NCBI GenBank assembly: GCA_050273025.1
Contig: CP158635.1
Span: 11,222,001-11,286,000 of the forward strand
Length of the DNA stretch: 64,000 bases
Direction: 5' to 3'
From: Cenococcum geophilum
Lineage: Eukaryota
Position numbers and translations under genes: made by a program. This document shows positions 50,351 to 62,320 of this stretch, in pieces. The notes beneath the pieces are model-generated. The model was not told the DNA's origin and did no database searches. It saw nothing but the letters and a program-made list of their open reading frames with translations. Position 1 is the stretch's first letter. The number at the start of each line of letters is the position of its first letter.

Positions 50351-52549
50351 GTTTAGACCTACCCCTATAACTAGAGCAACAAAGTACTATTAGAATAGAT
50401 AAAAACAGTAACCAGGGAAAGTTTTCTACAAGGGCCTTAGAGCCTAAATCTAATTTAAATTCGTTATTCTTAATTTAATACAGTCCCTTTATTTTTTTCT
50501 TTATAGAAAAGGAATATACTACTATTTATTTCGCTATAAGCTGCCCTTAGGCTATTCGCATCTTTCTTATAAAAATTTTATCCTATTAAAAATAAATAAA
50601 TTGGGTTGAAAACTTTCCTGCTAAAATTACATCTATTTAACCCTAAAAACCCTTATCGCCTTATTTATAGTAGGCTTTAAAGCTTAGCCAGTTAGGCCAC
50701 AATAAAGGCATACGCCCGTTAATCCAGTGGCGGGCCTTATAGTTATTGTAGAGGATATTCGTCGCTCTAAAGCCAAGGGGCTTTACAGTATAAGATATAG
50801 CAAGGCATTTGGCGAAGCCCTATAGCGTTAGCGTTGGGTTTATAGCGTCCGCAATAGGCCGTAAGGACTAGCCGGTAGCTGCAGGTTAGCTGTTACCAAC
50901 TATAGTATTAGCGGGCATAGGACGGTAGCGGGCGAGGCGTAAGGGCTAGGTAGGTAGTAGGGGTAGTAGTAGGACGTTGTCTTTCCCTCCCTTTACAGAT
51001 AAGAGCTAAGGGGATATTAGGAAGCAAGAAATAGTTACGTTAATAAATTACTTATTTAACGTCCACTCGCTAAAGTAAATTAAAGCCTAAGTTTTATAAT
51101 TCTATAAGATAATAGCTGCTTTAATTGCTACTGTTTACTAGGGTTTACTATTTCTCTACCTAGCAACCTCTAATAATGTCCAGCGAGACTTATAGCAACC
51201 TATTATTTTATATTAGGCTATTTATATCGCTAAAGGAATATTTTATACCTAATCCTCTCTAATATATTTCTTAAATACTAACTTAATTACATTTTTAAAG
51301 ACAGACTCTATTATATTAACTCTTAGCCATAAAACTCCATTCCATTTCTACGGGTATACTTTATTAGCTAAATTTAAAATAGCCTATAGGGATATACGTA
51401 CTTCTAATTCTATAAGCTTCTCCTACTTACCCTTTAGTACCTTTACCCTTTGCTTTAAGGCTACCCTTTCCTCCTATAGTTACCATTCTATTAGATAAGT
51501 AAAATACTTCTAAGAGGCATATATACCTTTTTAAGCGCTAACGCATCCTCTAGGCCCTTTATAAATAGAGTGGAGGTATATAAATCTAGATATTAAGTAT
51601 TAGAGGTTTAGCTAGATGCTATACCATTTTCACTAACAAAGTAGTATAAGAAGCTATATATATTAACTTCTCTAGCATTAGCGGTATGCGTAGGCACATT
51701 ACCCTCTATAGGCGATTTTTGGAAAGCCATTCCGTAAATTAAAATATTAGTAGAACTAACAATAGCTAGTTAAGTATAGAGCGTGCCTTATATATTCGGT
51801 AGCTACTCCTTAAGTAATTAACAGTTTAATAAGAGCTTAGGAATAGATTACCAGAGGACAGCGGTTTAGAGTTTTTAGCGTATTTAATAGAGATTTTTTT
51901 TTTTAAAGAATAAACGTCATTTAATAGAGAATTTATATAGCTTACCCGCAAAAATCATAAAAGTAGTCTAGAAATTTTAAGAGAAAAGTTAAGTTCCTAG
52001 GCCCCCTACTCCACAAAGCTATACCATAGTTAACACTCGCGCTCGGTTACGGGTTAGTAGAGGTAAGATTATACTTTAAATTTCTTATTATTATAGGCTC
52101 TCCGGCTTTCTGCTCTATAAAAGCTATACTATAATATATACGTTGCATTTATTACGCGCTAGGCCTCCTACTAAATAAGTCATAAATAAGGGATTAGTAG
52201 GGATAAAGCAGGGGACGTATATTCTATCTATGCTTACTCGCATAAAAGTAGGGTCATATAATAGTTATAATCTATATAGGTAATAGTTTATATAAGTTAA
52301 TGCGATTATTACTCTCGTTCCCCTTAGCAAACTAGATAAATAAAGAAATTAAATACGCTTCGTTTATTTAATTTCCTTAGGAAATTTAATAAGAAGCAAG
52401 ACGCGGCGAAAACAGGACTAGGTAATAGTGGTGCTATCCTATACACTATTAAGAAAGGCATACACACAAGCGAATTAACTAGAGTCACTAAATTAAATTA
52501 AGTCTTGGCGAAATAAAGTTATAAATTTAATTAGCGAATTAAGGCTCTA

Positions 52550-53060
52550 AATCGTTATAATAAAGCTTAAAATTTATATATAATTGATTCTATTATATAC
52601 TAATTAGGCTAGTAAGGTCCTTCTTTATAAAGGGGTATATTGTATAAAGCACAGCCAAATTAAGTCCTCGGAGGAGCGTATTAATGTTTTAGTATTCGCG
52701 CACGGGCCTCTTTTGGCGTACGCCTTAACGGCGTATAGAATACTCTTTAAAGAGTTTACCCGAAGATAGTTTAATACTACTTTATAATACTTGGATGGCT
52801 TTACTAGCCTATCTATAACAGGTTATCACCTTATTCCTTAACTATGCCACAGTATTAATCTACGTCCGTCTAAGCTTTAAAGCCATATTTCTAGGTTGTC
52901 CTCTTCCTACTATATATTCGTAATATATATAGGTAAATCGGCATATAGCCTTAGTTTAGCATCTTACATTATTTTAGTTTTTAGGATCTCCTAAATATAT
53001 ATAACACCTATAACTAACGTCTTTCTTAATTCACCATATATGTAATTTCCTCCATCCTAA
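52550..53060 (-). pseudogene. Unknown protein, shares a motif with the gene at 61.2 kb
   Basis: DLPIYITNI(Q)(W)EEDNLEIWL at about 52880-52940. Confidence 0.45.
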
Positions 53061-53880
53061 ATAAAAATATATTACCCCCTATAAGTAGAATACTAAATAA
53101 AAATACTAGGCAGATAGACGTGCTAGATAAATAAAGGCTTATAGGTAGATTAGGTATATAATAGATAGATTAGGTACGTAATAGGCGGATAAAGCTATAT
53201 AGTAGATAGATAAAGGTTTATAATGGTAGCAAGTGACGTAATTAGATAATTATAGCTTTTTACCTTTTTTTGTATTATTTACTCCTCTAGTAAACTAAGT
53301 AAGTCGGTCGTCGCTAGCTTTAGCGGAGACGATTAAACTAGCTAATATGTCTTTTAACAGTATTCTTATCACTGCTTCCCTTATAGCACTTTATTTTATC
53401 CTTTACCTCCTTAACTAGTTTATCTAACATCTCTACTAGCTTTCCGCTATATTTACCGCATATAACCTACACATTACCTCTTCTATAAAAACTATCTGGG
53501 CAGTAAATTACTATTTTCCTGGTTTTTATAAACAATCCTAGCTCTATTAAACTTATTAAGGAATTGGTTTTTAGATAAAGATATATAGCGATCACTATGG
53601 CCTTCTCCTAGCATCTAAGCCCTTATTAAACTTGCCTATAGAATTCCGGGTTACTAATATCTTACTTAAGATTGGCATTGTAGTAATCCTGGCGCGGATT
53701 TAGAACCGTAATTAGGAGTAAGCTAAGGCGCTTCATTATATCATTTTGCTATTTAGGCGCTTTCCCTATTTCTATACTACTAGTAAGAAAGACAGATCCG
53801 CCAGTAAGAGGAGCTATATTTAATAGTTAGTAGATAGAAAAGCCTAGGTATATATCCTGCGTAATAGGCTCTATAGTAAT

Positions 53881-54170
53881 TAGGGTTATAGCCGAAGACT
53901 TAATAGTAATCTTAGTAGGACTTATAATGGTTAGGATAATAGGTATAGAGTTAGCAAAAAGTTTAGCAGGAGTTAAAACAACTAAAGCTATAGCTATAGA
54001 TTTAGCTAAGATATTAGTTAGGGTTATAGCTAGAGACTTAGTAATAATCCTAGTAGGACTTATAATAGTTAGGATAGTAGGTATATAGTTAACGAAAAGT
54101 TTGGCAGAAGTTAAGACAACTAGGGCTATAGCTATAGATTTAGCCGAGATGTTAATTAGATTTATAGCGA
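53881..54170 (-). repeat. 138-bp direct repeat, 2 copies, in a probable Pro/Gln-rich coding region
   Basis: TAGGGTTATAGC at 53881 and 54019; a minus frame de-RIPs to Gln/Pro-rich sequence. Confidence 0.8.
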
Positions 54171-57144
54171 TAAACTAAAAACGTAGGAATAGATTGACTT
54201 AAATACGGAATAAAAGCCTTACCTATTAGTCCTATATAAAGAAGATAGTAGGTAATTTTATATTTTCTAGGTAGGTACTATTATTGTTTTATAGTCTTCT
54301 CCTTTATAAAAACATATACTCCTACCTTGTAATAGAGGGCTTAGAGTCCTAAATCTGCCTTAAAAGAGTAAGCCTTAAAACAAAGGGCCTATAAGCCCTA
54401 TAGATCTCTTTTATATATTTAAAAAAGCTATACAGATCTAAATACTACTATAGCCCTATATGCGTGGACCTAGTATTGACCTATTTAATCCATTATCTAT
54501 CTAATCCACCTAATCCACCTAACCTACCCGATTTACGTTAACTGCCTTATCCGTATTATTCCTATATACCTACTAATGTCTCCCTATACCCCGTTTTGGC
54601 CTATATTAAAAGTTCTTATAATCTAAACGTATTTCCCTGCGTAATAGTTAGTCCGTACGGTAAAGGCTTTAAGTTAATAAGCTAGGGAAAATGTAAGTAA
54701 TAGCGTATATCCTCAGCCCCTTTAGGCGTAGCCAGCCTCGCCCTATATAATAGCTGCCTTTCTATATATCACTAGCGAACCTCCTTATAATTAATATAGT
54801 TATTATCGTTTCTTAGATTAGTCTCTTTAATACTAACATCCTATTATAATATAAATTCCTATATTATTCTAGTGGAGTAATTAATTACTTAGTAACAAAG
54901 GTGTTAATTTAAACTTGTATAGTAAGCCACTATAAATTTATCGCAGTTCTTAGGAGTGCTAAAATAGGCAAGAACGAGACGGCCGTGGAACTTACGCGGG
55001 AGGGTTAGGAGACAAAGAGGTGTGGTAACTAAGCAAGGCATAAAAGGGGGTCTGTTTGGTCTTTACTTAGCAGGCTAAGGCTAAATTAGGCAGGCTAGAT
55101 AGAGGCCCACTTTAATCAGTTACTAGTAGAGTTTCTAAAAGAGCGGGAAAGCTTAAGCCTTCTTAGCACCTAGATAGAGGTTATAAGTATAAACAAATAC
55201 CAGCTTTTCCTAAGACATACTAAGAAGAATAAATTTTCTAAATTTACCAATTAGTATATATGTTCTCATCGCTAATCAGCTAGATACTCTTAATATATTT
55301 ATTATAACAAGGACTTATTTATTTTATCGACATCTATTTTAAAAAGATATCGATTTATAGAATATTAACGCTTCTTATATTTGTTAACATATACGCCTTA
55401 CTATACTAGCCCGTTTAGTTAAGCCTAAAAGGGCAAGCGTAAGTGCCGCCGCTACTACGGGACGTTATCTTATAGGGAAAGAGGTCCGTCCCTACTTACT
55501 AATTATAAGCTTTTATAGGAAGCTCTCTAATGCTTATATAGAAAGTAGATAGTTTTTATATAAATTGCTACCTTAACAAAGGTGAAAAATAGCGGGACTG
55601 GTTTAGGTGTGGGACTCCGACCTACGGTTTTAAAGTTTTTAGATATTATACTTGTCTATTATTATATAAGCGCGATATCTACGGCAAGTATAGTAGCAAG
55701 AGGAACGATAGGCTCTGCGCCTATAATACCCTTTATAAGTTATATTTAAGAGAACCTTAGGAATTTTTAGGATGGGTTAAGGACAGTAGATATTAGAATT
55801 AAGCGAGAGATACTAACTAAGCTCTAGACATATTGCGAGGACGAAGTCCGTATATAATCTATATAGACATCAACCGCATCTACTACATCACAAATCAATT
55901 AATATTCATCGTCTGCGTCATCTCTATTATCAATTAAATCCTTAAAATAGCTCCGCTATAACCTTATAACCTTGTAATTCTAATAATAGAGGAAGTCTTT
56001 AATTAATTAAGCTTACTAACAAGCTTATAGCCTACTGTAATTTATTATCTTTTAATGTTGTTATTATAAGAGCAACCGCGTTAGGTAAAATAAAAACTAT
56101 ATAAAGAGTATTTTCCTTTTCTTAAAGTAGTAGACTAAAGTAACTAGTGAAATTATTTTGCGCGATAGTAGTATTTTACTACACTACGGGAGTATTGCCA
56201 CCATTAGTGGACTATAGTCATCCCCTAGCTAATAATTCTTAGTTAGCAATCAATTATTAAGTATATATAATGGGTAAGATATAAGTTGCTGCTGCCCTAA
56301 CTTCCTTAATTTAAAGTTCTAATTGCCTTAATAAGATAGCCAGATAAGAAACAGCATAATATAAAAATATCTACTATCTAAATATCTAGATCTACTAAAT
56401 GCCACCTATTATACTCTATACTATCACAATCAGCTATTATAATCTGCTCCGATTTTAGGTGGGCCAAAAAACTCCAACTAAGATTTCTTAGCTTTGCGTT
56501 AGTTATCTATATAACGCTCTATTATATAGCGAAGATTAATACAAAGCTTATTATAGTACTTAAGAGAATCTCCGGTTTATAAAGCATCTTAATAGTAAGC
56601 AACTTATAACTATTAACAAATGTTACCAACTTTAAGGTGGAATTGTTAAGCGTACTTAAAGCAATCCCAATAGAACTAAATTTCCACCTATAAATAGCCG
56701 TTGTCTCTTATAAGTCGGACTCTATCATCTAGCGGAGAGCTACTTTTGCCCGTTTATAGGCGTTAAATAGTAGCTTCAAGCGCTATAGAGGTCCCTTTGC
56801 GAAGCCTAATCTTATAATCTAAAAGGGTAACCTCCAGAGGCTTATTAGCACGCTATTTCACCTATAAAGCCTATTTATCCCTTCTCCCAAATCTATTAGG
56901 AGCAGATATAATTTACGATTTTAAAAAGATTTAGGCCGCTACTAAACTTTTTAAACGGGTCCTAGCTAATATACTAGTAATTAAAACAACCTCAAATATT
57001 AGTAGTGAGGCTATAACCTAATAGCCTACGTAAATAGTATGGTTAAGGAGACTTTAATATTCTATAAGCCTGGTACTGCAATATATATATATATAGGATA
57101 AGTATTAGTAAATATATCGAGTATTAATACGTTTTCGCACCTTA

Positions 57145-58317
57145 ATGGCTCCAACGCAACTACGGCCGGTAACTCTATTCCCGAGGAATACTAACAATGG
57201 TAGGCATAGTCGGATTAGTACTAAACCTAATAACTCCCCACCAAATATACCTAGTAGCGATAAGCCTGCCTCAAAGGAAAGTAAAGTAAAGAAAGTAGCT
57301 TATTAGAAGTTCCTACGGCCTTTTAATCTTCCTAAAGCTTCTTAAATATTACCCTTTAATAAATTAAACGCGCAGCCTATAAAAGAAGAGCTATAGCGAC
57401 TTATATATAGACTAAACGACCCTAATAAACACTACTACCCCTTTTAGAAGCGAGAATTAGGGGGATAGGCTATTATATCTTACGGTAAGAGTTTAAACTA
57501 TAAACTTATTATAATAAAGAAACACGCGTTAAAACCTACCGATAGTTACATATATCGTTTAAAAGAGTTCTCTTATAGTAATATCGTAAAGCTATATAAA
57601 GTCTTTTATATTAAGGTTCTTTATTCAGCATCTATAAGTACGATTATTTTAAAGTAACATTATTAGAGGTTAACTCTATCCCTATAATGCTTGAAGAGCA
57701 TTATATAGCGGTAATATATCATAAAGTAAGCTAGCCGGTTATAACTATACGCATAACACTAACTATATATAAGGTTCTTAAGGGTATATATTATTTACAG
57801 CGGGTCCTTTAAATTATCTACGGCCACCTTAATACCAATAATATTATACTCTTAGTTACAGAAAATATCAGAATTAGTAAAACACTTAACCTATTTATAA
57901 GAGATAGGAATACTAATAGCTCTTACTAGCAAATATTGCTGAAAGTATAATAATAGAGGAAAATAAGGCGTCTATAACAGACACCCAAAATACATAAGCG
58001 TTGGGTCGCCTCGTAATACGATTAATAGAGACTAATACGAGCATCCAGAATCTAGGGACGTTAGTTCTTCGACGTCTAAAAGTATAGTCTCCTAAGGCGT
58101 GGAGTTTCTTAAAGAATATAGAATTTATAACTTCAGAGAAGCTTCTAAAAGTAGGTTATATTACTTCCTAGTTTAAATACATTGCTTATATAAATTATAG
58201 TCGCGCTTTTTAAAAAATTCAACTAGTTCCTAATATCTTTATCCTTATATTTATACGGCGATAATAGCAAAAGAAAGACCCTAGGGATTATGTAATGAAA
58301 TTAATACAACAGATTAA
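57145..58317 (+). pseudogene. STE20/PAK-like pseudokinase, RIPed, 3 introns
   Basis: MAPTQLRP start; SNIVKLYKVF, IAVIYHK|VLKGIYYL, IIYGHLNTNNIIL, IRI|ANIAES, ALGRLVIRLIE. HRD and DFG motifs are replaced. Confidence 0.75.
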
Positions 58318-58329
58318 CTATGCTACTTC

Positions 58330-59050
58330 CTATTAATACTAATCTAGTAGTTAAGCTTCTTAGGGGCTCTTTAAGTCCGTTTCTTCCTATTTTTTACATC
58401 GCTCTTATCTAATATACTACTATTAATAATCCCTCTAAGGCCCGCATTCTCCTCTCTTTCTTTCTCTAGCTAAAGTTCGGTGTACTTAAGCGCATCCTAG
58501 CTATCCCAGACTTGCCATTATAAATTATTATTCTTATCTAGTGCTCAGAGCATCTGCTTCTAAAATAAGGCTTCTTAATCCTCTAATTCTATAATTTTAT
58601 CTAAAGCGTCAAGTTTCCTATTTATTACTATAATCTAATATATTAGGTCGGCGGTTATTAGAGTCGAGTTATAGACTATATATTAGTCTCCCTTTAGTAT
58701 CGCAATCTCCCCACATAAAGCATCCACCATCTTTTTAGCCTCTTGTGCTACATTATAAGCGCACTCTAAGCATTTTTCTACTTTATCTACTTTTTTTTTT
58801 TTAAATTATAGTTCTTCTCTACTCCCTTAATGCTCTAGCCGCTCTTATATAAGCTCCTCTTTACACTTAAAGAGAGCGTTCTGACATTCCCTATACGAAA
58901 TTATAGCGTTCTTAGCTGACGTAGTGGCATATATAAGGCGTTAATTAAGATCTCTTATACGTAGCTTAAGGCTTCGTAAGTAATCGTTTGCCGCATAAAC
59001 ATTCCCGTAAAATTCCTTTAGGAAATCCCAATGTGTTTATTTATTACATA
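58330..59050 (-). pseudogene. Probable coiled-coil protein convergent on the kinase, RIPed
   Basis: Pyrimidine-rich plus strand giving Glu/Lys/Arg-rich minus frames; no family recognised. Confidence 0.3.
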
Positions 59051-59499
59051 ATTAGTAGCGGATATACGGTATCTTAGTCTTAATTAGTAGATAATATAGG
59101 AAATAGTAGATTCTATATTCTCCTTACCGGTCCTAGGGTAGAGTTAGTTACTATTAAGTTTTTCTTTCTACTAGAAGATAGTGAGGTATATTAGATTAAG
59201 TTTTATAGAGTAAAGCCACCGCCCCTTTTTATACGTTGCTCGCAATATATAAGGAGCTTAATACTCTTAGGGTACGCTACGTTCGTAGAGCTGTAAGGTT
59301 TATAACCGTTATCTAATTACCTAGTTTAACCTTATAAGTAATATAATGTTAATAATTAATTACTAGGGACTATTAAGCCAATATATTTATATAAGGGTTT
59401 ATTACAGCCTAGCTTATCGCCTATAATATACTTAATAACTAGGATATTAAGAATAGTAAACCGCAATCACTAGTTCTGGAAGCCCTGTAGCTATCTATT

Positions 59500-60500
59500 A
59501 GAATTACTATAACGCTCTAATCCCTCTCATTTTCGGAATCGAACTAATTTATTTAAGGATAAAGATAACTACGGATACACCTAAGGAGGTTTTAAAATCG
59601 CTATATGTATATAATAGTGCATATAGCGGCAGCGCCTTTATTAAGGTTGTCTCGAAATCTTAAATTAAATAGTAATAAGTAGGGTATAATCACTTAAAGC
59701 GTAGTTAAGGAAGATTTAACTTCAACACACTTATAGGAAGTGTTTAAAGAGTTTCTTTAAATCTAAGGGAGATGGTTTAAAAGCTAATTTGGAGTTAATA
59801 TTAATTTATCTACAATAACTATCTATATATATCCCGTTATGTAACCTTACCCAAATTAAGGGAGTCTGCTCTACCCCGCTACCAATATTAATACTTATTT
59901 TACCTTTAATAAATTAAAGGTTATAAAACTCCTAATTATAGCTAATTGCCTAACTTAATAAAGTATTGCGAATATGCGTTAAACTAACCCTTAACCTCTT
60001 CTTTAATAGTTCTATTAGCACTCTAAAGCAATATAGCGTTAGTCTATAGCTAGGGAATTTATAGCTTATATAAGTTAACACCAAATTTTTAGTATAGAAT
60101 TTGTGCTATAACTTATAATATAGGTCTGGAATTCCTACCCATTTACTATAGTAGGAGGATATTAAAAGTACGGGCTATATAGATGGCTTACAGCAAATTG
60201 TCTAGGAGGTACCGCCTTAGTAAAAATAGGGGTATTTGCTTCGGGCCTCCCGTTATTAGCAATCCTCTTTATTCTCGCCTAATTCTTAACCTCTCTCCTC
60301 TTTAAGGCTTTATACTTATTGGTTAAGGCATCCTCTATTCTATATTGCCGAATATTTTAGACCCTATTATTATAGGCCTCTATTATCTAGCCTTATAGTT
60401 TGTTATTATATTCAGCCCTTAGATCTAAAAAAAGCTTTTCCTCCTTAGGGTAGTACGCCTTCCTACTAGATAATATATCTAAAATACGGAGGTATAACTA
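59500..60500 (-). pseudogene. Myb/SANT-like domain protein, RIPed
   Basis: About 60290-60470 reads RKAYYPKEEKLFLDLRAEY..G(W)IIEAYNNRV....RIEDALTNKYKALKRR. Confidence 0.5.
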
Positions 60501-60869
60501 GCGTAAAGAGGATAGGCTGGTAAGATCGGAAGATTAACAAATAAAAGAGCTATAAAGTAGTAAAGCTAGGAGTAATAAGTGGTAACTAATATAAGAGCTA
60601 TATAGCTGGCCTACTTTATTCCTTTATAAGAACGTTTAGCATATTAGGGAAAGCTACCTCTTAAATCTAGTACGCTTTAGATTTCCCTATATAGTATATT
60701 ATAGGTACCTTAAGGTAGGTATCCGACTTAGATTATATAGGCTATCTCGATTTATAAAACGTACTTAAACGCTAAATTAAGTTAGATGGAGTGAAAGAGG
60801 TAAAATCTATTATACTATCCATTTCCGTCACTAATTACCGTTATAACGCCTTTACCTAGTATATAACTT

Positions 60870-61020
60870 CATCTACCCACTATACTGCTTAATCCACCCA
60901 GCATAAATATTTACCTACTTAGTATAAATATTCACTTACCTAGTATAAATATTCACTTACTTAGTATATCTACCCACCTAGCATATCTACCTACCTAACA
61001 CATCCACCCACCTAGCATTA
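60870..61020. repeat. Degenerate short tandem array (ATCCACCCACCTAGC-like units) upstream of the 61.2-kb gene
   Basis: Repeated AGTATAAATATTCACTTAC and ATCTACC(C/T)ACCTA units. Confidence 0.7.
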
Positions 61021-61199
61021 TTATTCGGTATTTAATAACACCGCCGCTCTTTACCCTCTTTGTAGGGAACTCCGCTTTTATATACAATAGTAATTTATTA
61101 CTGCTGCTTACAGGGGTTTATATATCTCCGTTTAGAACAGAGCGAATTACGCATATAACTAGCTACGAAAGATATCAGTTAGGGATATTATATATAAGT

Positions 61200-62320
61200 A
61201 GGTCCAGAGGGGTAATATATTATCAATTTTAGTAATATAAAAGCGTTTCTACTGCTCTTAAAGTAATAGAGAGTATAAACAACAACATCTTTTTTAAAGA
61301 TTGGGACGCTCTTTTTCTAAAGATCCCGAAACTTGGAACGACACAGAAGCCTAAATTAAAGCCCCTAGAGAATTTACCTGTATATATTGCGAATATATAG
61401 TAGGAAGAGAGCAATCTAGAAACATAGCTTGAAGGCTTAGGCAGATATCCTATTATACTAGATCAGTGCTATAGCACAGTTAATAAGGACGGGGGGCTTT
61501 AATAGAATAAGCCTAACTTATTAGATATTAATAGCACTAATGACTTGCTAATACAGACGTAGGTTATATAGCCTATAGATAAATCGCTAGCAGTTTTACA
61601 AGACGTCCCTATTTAGCTAAAAGGCTTATAAAAGTAAGTAAAGCAACTTCGGCTTTCTATTATAGACAAGTTAGAGCAAATTAAAAGGTATATAGTAGAA
61701 ACTAAAGAATATATCAACAAGCTCCTACCCTAGATACTTAAGGTTCACGCCGCGATATCAAACATTACCGACTAAATTAGTGAAGCTAGTTCTGGCAGGT
61801 TCACGTAGGGTAATTAGTAGGTTATCCGTTATACGCATCTTAGAGACGTTTAAGTAGCTAACCCTAGGGCGGGTAGCAACTTCTAATTCGTATATAAAGG
61901 TTAGGCTGGGTAGCTTAAAGTTTAATTTTATCTTTATTATCTTTACTACCACTATACCAGGCAAAAAGTGGCCGAAATTAGAAGAAATTATTATTCTATA
62001 TTAAGCTTTAAGGGGCATAAGCCATATAAGATATATTAAAATCCTTAAGGATAGCTAAGGGAGAGACCGTACTATTATAGCTATACGATATAAATTACTA
62101 CAACTCTAAGAGGACAATCTACTTCTCTATAACTCGCAAACGAAATTATAGAACACTTAAGAGGTAAATAAGTAGATAGCTTTATAAAGCCTTTCCGAAG
62201 ATAAGCTTAAAGTTAGACGCGCGGAATATGCCATTTAAGTATAGATCTTTACGGGTGGCACGTACAGCAAATTTCTTAAACATTATAACTTAGTAAGACG
62301 TCAATCTCTAGGCGGATTAT
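61200..62320 (+). pseudogene. Unknown spliced protein, paralogous to the 52.6-53.0 kb gene
   Basis: NLPVYIANI(Q)(W)EESNLET(W)L at about 61370-61430; GT-AG intron at about 61900-61960. Confidence 0.5.
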
